Origin: Callorhinchus milii
Lineage: Eukaryota
NCBI RefSeq assembly: GCF_018977255.1
Contig: NW_024704742.1
Span: 15,874,001-15,934,000, forward strand
Direction: 5' to 3'
DNA length: 60,000 nt
The number at the start of each line of letters is the position of its first letter. Position 1 is the stretch's first letter. The notes under the pieces were generated by a model, which worked only from the letters and a program-made list of their open reading frames with translations, searched no databases and was not told the DNA's origin. Both the position numbers and the translations under genes were made by a program. This document shows, piece by piece, positions 38,562-51,364 of this stretch.

Positions 38562-38885
38562 TCCTGTAGCTCAGTGGTTAGAGCACTCGCTTTGCAAGCG
38601 AGAGACCTGAGTTCAATTCCAGGCAGGGCGAAACCTTGGGCAAGTTTCCTTACTCCACACGCCTAATAATAATCCCTCCAAAAAAAAACCCCAAAACAAT
38701 AATTAAATTGGTCATTTTCAATCTACGACTGTTTGTGGGACATTGCTGTGCGCAATTGGCTGCCGCGTTCGCCCACAAATATACAGTCAATTCACTTTAC
38801 AGTGTGTTCTGTGAAGCGCTTTGGGACGTCCTCCTGACGTGAAAAGCGCTATATCAAATGCAAGGATTATTATTATTATTATTAT
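38562..38885 (+). mobile_element. tRNA-Ala-derived SINE, young subfamily
   Basis: cctgtagctcagtggttagagcactcgctttgcaagcgagagacctgagttcaattcc head; ends gggacgtcctcctgacgtgaaaagcgct..(att)n. Confidence 0.93.
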
Positions 38886-39244
38886 CTGTTGAGGTATTTA
38901 AAAATATTCTGAGTGACAAGTGTTTCAGAGTCAGTTGAGGAAGACTCCGCATCCACAGGATTTTTTTTTAAACGTAATACTCATTTTATTTAATTTGTAA
39001 TGGTAAATACTGAGTGTACCAAAGCTACCTGGGATGTTCTGCATCTGTTACAGATATCAGATTTATTGACCTGTATTTTCCAGGTTATTTTTATTCCCCT
39101 TTACCAATGTCATTATGTTTTCTTCTCTAATTCTCAGTCCCCAATAGTATGTTATTTTTTAATTATCCCAGTGTGCAGTCCATTCGGCCAGATGTCCCTA
39201 GCTCGATTGTCAACTCTATTTGTAATATCTATGATTCCGTGTAG

Positions 39245-39520
39245 AGTCCGCTCTCCGCTCATCAGGCTCCAGCCTGCTCCACGTCCGCTGCCCGGGCCTC
39301 CCCACCATCGGCAGTTGGGCATTCAGCCTCTTTGCCTCCACCCTTTGGAACTCTATCCCACATTCCCTTCACCTCGCTCCCTCCCTTGCCTCCTTCAAGG
39401 CACACCTCAAGACTCTCCTCTTTGATTGCACCTTTGGTCACCCTCTCTGCCCTCCACCCTCGCTGATCCCAAACCCCTCCTGCTCGGGTCCAAATCCCTG
39501 ACTGTCCAACGCCATGGTTT
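39245..39520 (+). mobile_element. L2 3' fragment
   Basis: LRSSGSSLLHV..PTIGSWAFSLFASTLWNSIP..FKAHLKTLLFD. Confidence 0.85.
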
Positions 39521-39699
39521 CCTTTGTGATTACTTATTCTGTACGGTGAAAGTTTAGAAGAGAAATAATCTGTCTCTGAATGATCTGTGTTGTGGCATTT
39601 GTTTGTGGGGAATTATTTCGTTTGTTGGAACTCTCTATATATATGATAACCTAATAAGTGGCCACCAGAATGTTAGAGGGTCAGATCTTGCCCGATCAG

Positions 39700-40080
39700 A
39701 CTTTTAACAGATGACATCCCAAATGGACAGTGAGAAGCCATACGATGATACCAAGATTCCAAAAGGTCTTTAATAAAGTACCTTATGAGAGATTTCTTTA
39801 CAAACTAATATCAATGAATTTCAAGATACCTTGATGGAAATTCATAACTGACAAAAGGGTAAAGAAATAGAGGGTAGTTGTTAGGGGAACTAAGTCGAAA
39901 TAATGGACATATTGTAAGCCACCTCAGAAGTCTGACATTAGATGATTAACTGATGGAGTACAGAATATGTTAATGCAACAATATGATAATGAAGCAATAA
40001 TTTTTAATTTATTTAAATATAGATTGTTTAAAAACTAAATAGTGTTCTAGATATGAAGATCCAGGAATAGAACAGCATAT
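39700..40080 (+). mobile_element. Highly decayed CR1 RT fragment
   Basis: gattccaaaaggtctttaataaagtaccttatgagaga resembles DFQKAFDKVPH.RL. Confidence 0.55.
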
Positions 40081-41789
40081 ACCCAGCATTTACCTTTAAC
40101 TAGCCTATAGACTTCATATAGGCCAGATGTGCTTTGCCCTAATAATGGGGTTAAATGTGGTTTGTGATAATTATCACTGATTTGTGTACCAGTACCTCCT
40201 CTAAACCCACTTCCCCACCTTACACCATATTACTTAATATTTTTATTAAGTAGCTATCCAACTCTTGGGTCCTTCACCTATCTCATTTATAACTTTCTGG
40301 GACAGTGTATTCCAGCTTCTTATTTCTTTGTCTCACAATCCGTCAGATAAACATAGTTGTTTACGCCATGGCTCGTTTGTCCACAAAACACACACAGTCA
40401 CTTTATAGTATATTCGGTGAAGTATTTTGAGTCGTCTGGACAATTTGTTAAGGTATTGTATCAAATTCAAAGATATTTTTGTTATTATTACAGCAGCTCA
40501 GGGGAACCTTGCAATGTACAAATAGATAGGTTTGTCTACAAATACACTTCACAGCAATTTTCTGGCAAATGTTTTTTTGAACATTATAGGCACTATAACA
40601 AATACAAGGATTTATTAGCATAATGTAAGAAATGTAGGCCTCTAATAGCTGCCAGGAAGAGGGAATCTCCAAATAAGATTTGAACTCAGAAAACATAGCT
40701 GAAGAGACAGTTCACACCATCCGGCATACCCTCAAATATAATACAATTCAGTTCACATTCTTAAAGCCATGTTTACAAAAGTACAGAGTTTTCCACTAAT
40801 CTGCCCTCTGCCTCTCAGTAAATAGAGCAGCTCCAATCTTTTCTGCAGATGGTACTCAGAGTGACCTGAAGCTGATACTGATGTAAACATAACAGAGAGA
40901 TCTGAGCCAGCCTGAGCTGGACACAGTGTGCAAAGCAATTTAAGTTCACCTCAGAACAACGCATTTTGCATGAACGTAAATGACACATCCAGTAATGAAC
41001 AGAAATGGACGCAGCATGTGATTCAGTGGCAATGTGAAAGCAGCATGAGATTTCAATACAACTCGCCTACTGAGAAGTGTCACATATACATGTCAGTTTC
41101 AGCGCAATATTGCTATTTACCCATTGTCTGTAGTGTTACGCATCAACTTTCCAACTTTCAGACATGTTGCTAACTTTGTTCTCCTGGGAAGCTGAGAAAT
41201 CACAGGACCTGTCATTTCGCATTCCACTGGTTTGGGGGGAGTGGCATTCCTTAGCCTGTAGGGTTCGTTCCCTAGTATTGGAGTGTGCTTGCCAAAGAAC
41301 TGATCATAAAGCAGACACACAGTGTCCACATATAAAACTATGCCTCATTTGGTGCTATTTTGTACCACAACTGAAAGACATCTCTACCTTGACAATTCTG
41401 TCGATAAAGATTACACAAACATAGTGTCCAAACTATTTTGGTATAATATTTATGGAAGTTGTCATGATGCAATCTAAAAAGGGAAGTGAAGTCTAGAGAA
41501 AATAACTTCTATTTTTGGTACTACAACCAGCAATAAGAGAATATACCTTTATAATTCAAACATTTTCATACAACAGCAATCTTCGCTTTTGATACTATAA
41601 CTCGGATCTAACTGCCGCACTAGGCTGCTCTTTGTGATGTACATTACATGGAGGAGCTGCAAACATCCTGGAGCCACTGAACTGATATAAATAGATTGGG
41701 AGACTTGAACCAGACAAAGAGTAGACCTGAGCTACTGAGCTTCATGACAGTTTAGTTTTGTATCAGCTGTGTATTTATGTATACAGTAC

Positions 41790-42148
41790 TGTGGAGTCAT
41801 GTAGTGTACAGGTTAGAATACTCACCTCATAAGCAAGACCCGGGTTCGATTTCCTTAGGCAAGTTTCCTTGCTCCACACACCTCTGTTTACCTAGAAGTA
41901 AGTAGAAACCCATTTGTTGGTCAATTGGTGGATCCCTTTCCGGGGGTAATAATCATTTAAAAAATAATAATAATTTGGTCAATCAATCCATGACTGCTTG
42001 TGGGTCACTGTTGTGCACGATTGGCTGTTGCATTTCACCCACAAAAAGATACCATCAATTCACTTCACAGTATGTTTTGTGAAGGCCCTTGAGATTTTCA
42101 AAGCTGTGATAAGGTGCTATATCAAATGCAAGAATTATTATTATTATT
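41790..42148 (+). mobile_element. tRNA-Ala-derived SINE, old long subfamily
   Basis: tgtggagtcatgtagtg..gggttcgattt head; cctctgtttacctagaagtaagtagaaaccc central segment; (ATT)n tail. Confidence 0.85.
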
Positions 42149-43218
42149 GTTTGTACTTTCTGAAGGTTGAGTGGTTCTGAATCAGCCATCAGCCTGATGT
42201 GATCCTATCCATAGAACTCTAGAAATTTCAGCACAGAAGGAGGCCATTCGGTTCATCGTGACCATGCTAGTCTTTGCCAACTCAATGGAGCTGTACCAGC
42301 TCTTCCTAAAACATATGTCACAGAGCAGTGTAATACAGGAGGACAATATTTGCTTAGATGATAATATCTGCACGTATACCTATAACCAAGAGTAGATTGA
42401 GAGGAGCAAGTACTCTATTGGTCACATTATGTTTTGTAGAGCAGGAGTCTGGGAATGGCAGTGTTGTCTGTGGAGTGAAGCGAAAGCTGAATAGTGGAGA
42501 TATGAGGATGGCTAAATATTTTTCATTTGATCATCTTAATTATCAATAATAATCTTTGGATTTGATCTAGGGCCTTTTACACTGGGATATCTCAAAGCGC
42601 TTCACAGGATTTACTGTAAAGTGGAGTGAACTGTGTTTTGTAGGCAAATAACCTTTAGGAGTCAAAGAGAGTTCAGAAAACTCCCAAAGAAATGGAGTGT
42701 GTGGGCAGAGTCCATAGTGGGGCTTTATGTTGTCTGTAGAGCAAGCACCAAATGTCTTTTTCTTCAGTGATTCTTGTTTTCACATGACGGGATAAAACTT
42801 TGAACATTGCATAACAGATTCAATGAATTCACCCCAATGCTGCCTCTAAGGCAAGGTTCAAAAGCATAAAAGTGACTAAGATAGGCCAGTCTTTCACATC
42901 TACCATTCTTTTAACATTTTGAATTTGGTACATTTAAGCAGAATGTATTTCTTTAGTGTTTCAATTGTGAGAAGCTCTCCTAGAAATGTAATCTTCTTGA
43001 AAGATATCAATCAGCTAGCTAGCCAGCAAAACACTGTAGTCTGCTAAGGCAATCAATGGGGTCTATTCAATTGTCTAATATTGATCTGTTTAGGATTTGT
43101 TTATAGTGGGATGAAATAGCTTTTTAGAAAAGTAGTTGATGACAATAACAACAACATCAAGATTACAATAAGCCCAGTATGAACACAAATTCTCTGTAAG
43201 AAAACTGTGAAATAAAGT

Positions 43219-43345
43219 TATAATAATAATAATCCTTGCATTTGATATAGCGCTTTTCACGTCGGGAGGACGTCCCAAAGCGCTTCACAGAACACACTGT
43301 AAAGTGAATTGACTGTATATTTGTGAGCGAACGCGGCAGCGTTCA
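43219..43345 (-). mobile_element. Young SINE 3' fragment
   Basis: aataatccttgcatttgatatagcgcttttcacgtcgggaggacgtcccaaagcgc. Confidence 0.9.
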
Positions 43346-43804
43346 CCCCTATGTGAAATAGGTGCATAGGCTATTGTGACTTAGTTGACTCATGGAAAGA
43401 ATGTGTCTGCTCCACATGAAAATGAGTCTCCCTATCATCCCAATCTCAAAAAATGGATGGCATGCAGACTTACATTTACAAGACAGGTTTGTACTCCACA
43501 AAAAAGGCAAAGCATAAATGCTCTACATGCATTGGTTTAATCTTCAAGACTTAGAATTTAGAGTAAAAGGCAAGCAGACGAGCAGATCTGTTCCTCCAGA
43601 AGTATTACATTATTATTTTTATTTGATATAGCACAATTCATTTTGGGACAACATCTCAAAGTGCTTGATAGGATTTATTGTAAAGGCCAATTTGTGCAGA
43701 GAAATATCTTGCAAACAGCCATGAAGTGAATGACCACTTTGATCTGGGGGCTTTGTTGGTTAAAACACCAGGAGAAACTCCCTTTATGTGATAATAATAA
43801 TAAT

Positions 43805-44935
43805 AATCCAGCTGGAAAAAAATTCCCTCCGCTCCATCTCTGCTGCCTTGGACTCATCTGAATTCCTCCCCCTCTGGGCTTCCTCCTGCAATTAACTATC
43901 CTCCTCAGTCACTCTCCTCTACAACTCCCTCCACCACTCTTGATGCCCTTGCTCCCCTCACACCCTGAACCACCTCCTACTCACAGAAGTCACCCTGGTT
44001 CACCAGCCACTTCCGCTCACTTAAGGCACATGTGTGTGCCACTGAATGCACCTGGCTCAAATCTAACTTAACAATCCATTGACAGATCTGGCTGGATCTT
44101 ATCAAATCTTACCACTCCGCCCTCGCTTCTGCTAGATCGTCATTCTACTCCAAGACAATCTTTGAGGCCAAGGACAACCCCAGGCTCCTCTGCTCCATCA
44201 CCAACCGGTTCATCCAGGAGTTCATCCTCTCCTCCAACTCCATCTGGGAGCGATGCTGGACTTCCTCAAACCCAAAGTCGAGGGAATCCGCTCAGTTATC
44301 TCAGCCCTTCCGACTACTACCCTTCCCCATCACCACTCACACCACTTCCCCTACCCATCCCTCCCTCCACACCATTGAACCTGTCTCCCCTTCCTCTCTC
44401 ATCACCACCATAACCCACATGAAACCGACCATCTGCTCCCTTGACGCTATCCCTACCCCTCTCCTTACTTCCCAGCTCCATCTCCTTGTCCCGCTACTCA
44501 CAGGCATCATAAACCTCTCCCTGTTCATTGCCACCATTCTCACCCCTTCAAAACCAGCCGTCATCACTCCTATACTTAAAAAAAAACACATCCCTGGACC
44601 CATTCCTGCTCTCAAACTACCGCCCCATCTCCAACCTCCCTTTCCTCTCCAAGGTCCTAGAATGAGTCATTGCTTCCCAGCTTTGCTCCTTCCTCTCCTG
44701 CCGCTCCCATCACAAACCCCTCCAATCGGGCTTCTGTGCCGCCCACAGCACAAAAAACAGCTTTGGTCAAAGTGACAAATGATATTTTGTCCATCTACAA
44801 CCAGGGCTCCCTCTACCTTCTCGTCCTCTCTTGACCTCTCTGTTGCCTTAGAAACCGTTGACCACTCTATCCTCCTCCACCACCTCCTCCACCACCTCTC
44901 CTCTCACCTCAGTGGTCTCCTTCTGTTCCTGTTTT
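43805..44935 (+). mobile_element. L2 ORF2 fragment (tether to RT start), frameshifted
   Basis: SPWFTSHFRSLK..MKPTICSLDAIPTPLL..GIINLSL..AVITPILKK..NYRPISNLPFLSKVLE..LVKVTNDIL. Confidence 0.92.
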
Positions 44936-45348
44936 CCTATACTCTTCTATAGAACCATAGAAATTTGCAGCACAAAAGAAAGCATTCAGCTCATTTGTCT
45001 GCTGGTTCTTTTACGAGAAATCATTTCAGTCCCATTTACCTGCCCTTTCAACATATCCTCCTGTACATTCCTTAAACTTTGTGGATTTTGCATCAACATA
45101 TGTACACCTCAAATCTGTCTCTGAGCTTTTGCGTTCCTTTACAATTGCTCGCCCTCTTGATCTATTACTTTAGCTTTCTGACATCCTCTTCTCTTTCTGC
45201 AACCTTTGATCCTTTTCACATGATTTCTATCTCATTTTTTTCCACTCCCCTGCCATATTAGTTTAAAACTTTCTCTGCAGCATTTTTAATTTTCCCAGCA
45301 AGGAAACAGTTTCTGAAATAAACATTATTGGTGTTTTACCAGCTTTTG

Positions 45349-45772
45349 TGTGTCAACTTGGCCCAATAGCAGTACTCTTGCCTCTGAGTCAGAAGATTGT
45401 GGTTTCAAATCCCATGTCAGGACTTGAACTCACGTAGTCTAAGCTGATATTCCAATGCAGTGTCGGGGGGATTTGTCAGAAGTCCCATCCTTCGGATGAG
45501 ATTTGTAAAGCCTATTTAGGTGGATATTAAAGATCCCATGGCACTATTCGAAAAAGAGAAGGGAGTTTCTCCTGTTGTCCTGGCAAATAAATACCCTAAC
45601 TAAAATTGGTGATTCATTCCACGGCTGATTTGGGTACACTGTTGTGCACAACTTGCTGCCACGTTCCCCCACAAAATACACAGTCAATCCACTTTACAGT
45701 ATGTGCTGTGAAGCGCTTTGAGATGTCTTGATGATGTGATAAGATACTATATCAAATACAAGGATTATTATT
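45349..45772 (+). mobile_element. Old DeuSINE (SacSINE1/AmnSINE-like), full length
   Basis: gtgtcaacttggcccaatagcagtactcttgcctctgagtcagaag head; cttcggatgag..ggtggatattaaagatcccatggcactatt Deu segment; gtgaagcgctttgag..ctatatcaaatacaaggattattatt tail. Confidence 0.85.
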
Positions 45773-45844
45773 TCCAGTGGCACAACATAAATTATGTTGC
45801 CATGACTCCAGCATCAATTAATTGGATCATAATATTCTACCTTA

Positions 45845-46065
45845 CAGTAAATTCCTAAAAATAAGACCCTGGTTAAAGTTGTCACTACCACTTAAGGCGA
45901 CATGCTGTCAATATCCCAGTTTCACATGCAAAATATTAATAAGGAGGCCGCTATACTTGTAACTCTGCTTAACATTTAACTAGTCACATTCTAGAAAATT
46001 TTGTAAGTACTTATTTTGGATAACTCATCCTACAAGATCGTATCTTGTATCATAGAGGCTTCCCG
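45845..46065 (+). mobile_element. MITE family B (CAGTAAA terminus), decayed copy
   Basis: Preceded by TA; cagtaaattcct..ttgtcactacacttaaggcgacatgctgtcaatatcccag..ggataactcatc aligns to 51192-51364. Confidence 0.65.
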
Positions 46066-46073
46066 CCCTATCA

Positions 46074-46925
46074 ATAACAACCACAACTTGCAATTATATA
46101 GCGAGCCTCATGCAAGGTAGCATCCTGGAGTGCTTGACAGTGGCGGAGCACAACAGAAATTAATATGGGTGAATATACGGGCGGCAGAGTTTTGGATCAC
46201 CTGGATTTTGTGGATGGTGGAGCTGGGGAGACCAGCGAGGAAGGCATTTGAAAAGTTGAGGCGGGAGGTGACAAACCCATGGAAGAGTGTTTCAACTGCA
46301 TCATCACTCCCACCCTCGCTCGCTTCCACTGGCTTCCCATCCCCCAGAGGATCGAATTCAAGATCCTCATCCTCACCTACAAGGCCATTCACGGCCTTGC
46401 TCCCTCCTCCCTCTCCGACCTACTATCCCCCTAATTACCTGTCCGTACCCTCCGTTCCTCTGGCTCCGGTCTGCTCCACATCCCCCGCCCCAACCGCCCT
46501 ACCATCGATGGCCGGGCCTTCAGCCTCTCAGCCCCTAGGCTCTGGAACTCCATCCCCCAGTGCCTTCACCGTGCTTCCTCCCTTTCCTGCTTCAAGGCTG
46601 GTCTCAAGACCTTTCTCTTTGACCGAGCCTTCAGCTCCCCTCTCGACTCTCTACCACCTCCTCGCTCCCTCCCTTCCCTCCCCACACCCTGACCATTTCT
46701 CCCCTGCTTGGGTCTTGACCCAACTGTCCAGGGCCTTGGGACGTCGTCCCGACGTGAAAGGCGCTCTATAAATAAAATATTGTTGTTGTTGTTGCATCTG
46801 GGGTAAAGTATGGTTGGAGGTGGGCAGAGGTGAAGGAAGACGGTCCTGGTCAGCGACCGGATGTGGGGTAGGAAAGACAGCTGTGAGTTAAACCTGACGC
46901 CTAGGTTGCGCCTATCCTGTGACTG
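46074..46925 (-). mobile_element. Old L2 fragment split by a younger L2
   Basis: RNLGVRFNSQLSFLPHIRSLTR (46795-46925) continues as DAVETLFHGFVTSRLNFSNAFLAGLP..IQNSAARI (46155-46302); tail at 46074. Confidence 0.88.
46303..46794 (+). mobile_element. Young L2 LINE 3' fragment
   Basis: ITPTLARFHWLPIPQRIEFKILILTYKAIHGLAP..; near-identical to 24728-25177; (GTT)n tail. Confidence 0.95.
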
Positions 46926-47124
46926 GTGCGGACACTCGGTGGAGGTTGTACGCACATGCTCAGATGCATCACAGTGGCCTCCAGTCTAGTCTAGCGCGGT
47001 GGTCTCCATGCCATGCCACAGCCCTCCAATAGACCAGAGGCCTCTGAGATGCTTCCGAGCACACTTATTCATCACTGAAAAACACTTAGAAACTACTTCT
47101 CCGAGTGATCTAAACTGCAATAAG

Positions 47125-47460
47125 ATCATCATAATTATCATAATCTTTGCATATTGATATAGCAGTATTCAAGTCAAGAGGATATTTCAAAGCGCTTCAT
47201 AAAATACACTGTAAAGTGTAGTGATTCTGTACTTTGCAGATGCACAAAACAGTCAATTTGTACACAGCCGTATGGTAAAATTATCAATTTTAACTTAGGG
47301 ATTGTTGTCCAGGACACCGGGAGAAATTACCTTTTCTTTCCAAATAATGCCATGGGATCTTCAACATTCACCTGAACAAGCGACAGGACCTCAGTTTAAC
47401 ATCTCGTCTGAAGGAGGTACCTCCACAATGCAGCCCAGCCCAGCACTGCACTGCACCGGA
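47125..47460 (-). mobile_element. DeuSINE, head missing
   Basis: ccaggacaccgggagaaatt..aatgccatgggatcttcaacattcacctg..ggacctcagtttaacatctcgtctgaagg. Confidence 0.8.
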
Positions 47461-47651
47461 AGTTAACCATATGACCAAATGTAATGGTTTTGTTATTGGT
47501 TTGTTTGAATAAGGGAAGAATATTGACCGGGGCACACTACTCTTTGAGATGCCTTTGGCTCTTTATCATTCACATAATCCATCAGAACTGGCAGATAGAT
47601 CCCTGTTTAATGTCTCAGGAATATTATAACCTGGTTTTGAGCGCTAATAAG

Positions 47652-47735
47652 TGTTTTTGAACCACTAACTGCTTAAATTCTTAAAGTAAATATTGTTTTT
47701 AAACCACTAGCTGCTTAAATTCTTAAAGTAAATAG
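47652..47735 (+). repeat. 42-bp tandem duplication
   Basis: tgttttt(g/a)aaccacta(a/g)ctgcttaaattcttaaagtaaata(t/g) twice. Confidence 0.9.
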
Positions 47736-50129
47736 TTTTCCAAACTAAATATAAAATGATCTTAAAATACACACGTCACACAGATAAGGAAGAATTTGAT
47801 CCTTTGGTGCATCCGAATCTCCAGAGACTATCTGATATTTATAACTCTTGAGAGAGATTGTTATCAGACAAAGCACATCTGCCAATAATAACTAATACCT
47901 CACCTGGAGACTTTGTATGACATTTGCCAAACACTCAACAGATGTGTAGCAAGTCTGCAGACTTCACAACACCATGATACTTACTTATGACTCTTGTCAC
48001 CCCACTGCCTGAAGAAATCTCACTTTGCTTTGTCTGGAGTGTGTACTCTCTCTGTGGAGGGACATACCTTGCTATCTAAATGTGTAATGCTTTAGGCACA
48101 GATTGGGGAGACCCCAGAGTATGGTTTGGGTATTTCTGAAGTTTAACCAGCTAAAACTATGACTATTAAGGGTAAACAAAAGCCTAGTGGGAAGAATCCC
48201 TACCCCATTGACTAATCTGCCATTCCAAGTCCTGCTGATGAGATCAGTTATTAATGCCTTGGAGTTCTGTGGACCCACATGGCTCAGAAACTAACCCTAT
48301 AAAATTGCCACAGAGAATTAGCTTGATTCTGATATTCTACTTGCTGAGCATCCAACCTGTGTGCAACCTACAGCTTACTTACAGCTGTCCTCCCAAGTTT
48401 TAGTGGTTCCTCATGACACATATCTACCTTCAGCATGGTGGAAAGACCTATATAGGATAAAAATTTTTGATGTGTTACCTTTAACATCCTGATTTATATC
48501 CTGAATCAACAAAGTAACCCTTCTTTCTTTTTACTTTGTCTGTCTGTTCTGAAAATGTTACATGTAAAAACATTTAACCCTTTAGGTAGTAATGATAATT
48601 CTTACATTTGGTAAAGTATCTTTCATGTATGCAGGACATCTCAAAAGGTGCTTCACTGGATTTACTATGAAGTGTAGTGACTGTGTATTTTGCGAGTGAA
48701 GTGGGTAAATGTCTTAAAGTACTTCACAGGGATGGAACAGTAATTTGAGTAGGTTGGTAGTTGGAGGAGGAGGAAGAGGATGAGGAGGAGGGGGAGGGAA
48801 GGTAGGAGAGAAAATGATCAAAGGTACAGTTTTAAAAGCAGAGAGGAAGTGTATGAGTCCCAGGGATTTCAGGACAGAAATCTAGAGAGTAGAATTTAAG
48901 GAAATAAATGCAGTGCAACAAAAGTGTTGAAACTGTTCTAACTGATATAAAACTATTGAGACTGTTGTTCAGTACTTGTTGGCTATTCCTTCCTTTGGCC
49001 ATGATTTGCTTGCTGCTTATTGTATGGCTCTGGATTCACATATATTTGAGAACACAGTAGTGCCTCACTGTAATGGACTGTCTGGAGAACAGCCAAATGC
49101 TGTGTTATGTAGTTGCCCATGTTTGATTCATTTGCTGTGGAAGGTAATGAATCAGGTAGAATGTATTTTCTGTTATAGCATTTACACTGTCAGGCAGTGG
49201 TATAAATCAACATACAAAGTTATGTTTTGCTGTGTTATATTTGGTGCTCTTATTACCTTTTAACAAGTCTATATATTTAAAAAATGTGTTGTAAAGGAAA
49301 ATATTGGCGTGTTGATGAATCTCCCTAACATATTTTTGCTACAGTCTGAATTGGAATGCGAGGTGTTTCCCATTCCCACCAAAGTAAAGCATTTTGCATG
49401 ACTAATATTGCTTCTCAATCAAGAATGCCAAGTAATTCTAGACTTTTCTGTTGTTGCTTCTACTGGTAACAAACAGGAGGCTGAGAGGGAAGCCATAACT
49501 CACTGAATCGATCAACACTGAGATTGAGTTGGTGAGTCTGGCCAGTCAGACAGTAATTCATTCTTTTGTTCCTGTGCACATTTGTTATCTGAAGAGAATC
49601 AAAGAAACATAGGGGTGAATGCAAAGTTCAATATGACAGTTATCACATAATCAGAAATTCCAACCGCCCATATCTCAGTTGATGTCTAGCTATGGTAAAT
49701 ATCCCTGATTTTCATCAAAATGTTTGGGCACAAAGCTACCTGCACCGACAATAATTATCACATACAATGTTACAATATTCACCCCCATATGTGTAGGAAC
49801 TCTTCAAATGCCTTGGATTATTTTATATTTGTGAATAAGATTAGCATTGCAATCTGATTTACAATTATTTTCCCTTTTACTCAAGTAGTCCCATAAGAAC
49901 ATATATAAGTATATATTAATTTCACATCTTCCATTATAGTTATAATGGATGTACATAGTACAGATTATTTAATTAAGTGAGCAGTTTTAAGAAAGATCTG
50001 GTTGTAAAAAAACATCTATGTCATTATTGACATTACCATAAAATTTGTTAATTCAAGCAAGGAGATTAATAGGAAAATGGAAGATTTACAAAGTTGATAG
50101 TGAGAAGGGAGATGTTCATCATCAGCTTG

Positions 50130-51110
50130 ATAACGGGACTAACCAGATTTAAAAAAAAGAGGAGCCAAGAGAGACGAATACAAGATAACAACACATAAAA
50201 CCAAAAACATCTTCTGATATTGGGGTCTAATTTTCGATATAATTCATAGAACTTTTAGTAAAGAAACTTATTTCTGAAGTAGATATGTAACATATGTGAT
50301 ATGTCTCTGGTTACCAAAAGGAATATTCACTCAGATTTGGTATTTACGAAATTCAGTAAGGAACACTGGAAATTAGACTCCATTATAATTGCAAGGGAAT
50401 AGTTAGGGAGGAAATGAAAACCTTAAGGGACCTTAATGGAGAACAAAATAAGAATGAACAGGAGATAATAAACATATTAGAGGAAAATTGTTAGAGTTTT
50501 TGAAGGATGTGTATTAACTATATGGGGGCATTACTTAATATGCCTTACAACATCCAACATATGTTGCATAACATTCAATACTTTGAACTTAAAGAGGCAG
50601 AGGTTCACTATAGACTTAATAAGCTAAAAATCAATGATCCTTTGGGACAGATAAATCACACCATATGGTACTTAGAGAGACAGATTAAGAGATTTGTAAA
50701 GAAGCTTTGACAGATATTTTGAGAGAGTCAATCAATATTGGGGAGGATCAACAGATGTGAAATTAACAATTCCCATTTTCAAGAAAACTAACAGAGCCAT
50801 AGACACGGCCACAGACCTGTTAACCCAAACTCAATAAGTGGAGTGAAAGGAATGAATTATCAGAAGCTAAACCAGGATAAGTCACCTTATGAAAATAACC
50901 GGATAAATGACAACAAACATAGTTTCAGAAAGAGCAGGTCAAGCTTGACTAACCGCATGGATTTTTTTTCTCAGGAGGCAACATCCCAAATTGTGAGTGA
51001 GTGAAAGAAAAGTAATACGATTTAATGTATCTAAACTTAAAGGTCTTTAATAAAATGCCACCCATTAACTACTTTCGAAATTATGGTGGAGATCAAGGAT
51101 AAACATTGTC
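50130..51110 (+). mobile_element. Highly decayed CR1 ORF2 fragment
   Basis: cccattttcaagaaa..cacagacctgtt..catagtttcagaaagagcaggtcaagcttgactaacc (PIFKK..HRPV..HSFRKSRSSLTN). Confidence 0.7.
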
Positions 51111-51191
51111 CAGACTAACGCTGCAGTGCAATAAGTAGAGGTGTTCACTTTAAACCAAATTTCAGATGGATGTTAAAAATCCATGACACAC

Positions 51192-51364
51192 CAGTAAACT
51201 CCTGATAACTCAAACTTAACTTGTCGCCACCACTTAGGGCATCATGCTATCAATATCTCAGCCGCATTTAGTTATGTATTTATACACATGCCTACCTTGC
51301 CACACTGGATAACTCATCACTGGGTCCCTTTCCCTTAGAGTCACAAGTTATCAGGAGTTTACTG
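51192..51364. mobile_element. MITE family B, Tc1/mariner (pogo/Tigger)-type, 19-bp perfect TIR
   Basis: cagtaaactcctgataact (51192-51210) and agttatcaggagtftactg-type inverse agttatcaggagtttactg (51346-51364). Sits in a DeuSINE fragment at the position where other copies have TA. Confidence 0.85.

Noticed and set aside
38562..38630. tRNA-Ala(TGC) gene (also 17899, 30811, 52744 etc.)
   Set aside because: Has A/B boxes and an anticodon arm but no proper acceptor stem or terminator, and runs straight into SINE body. These are SINE heads.
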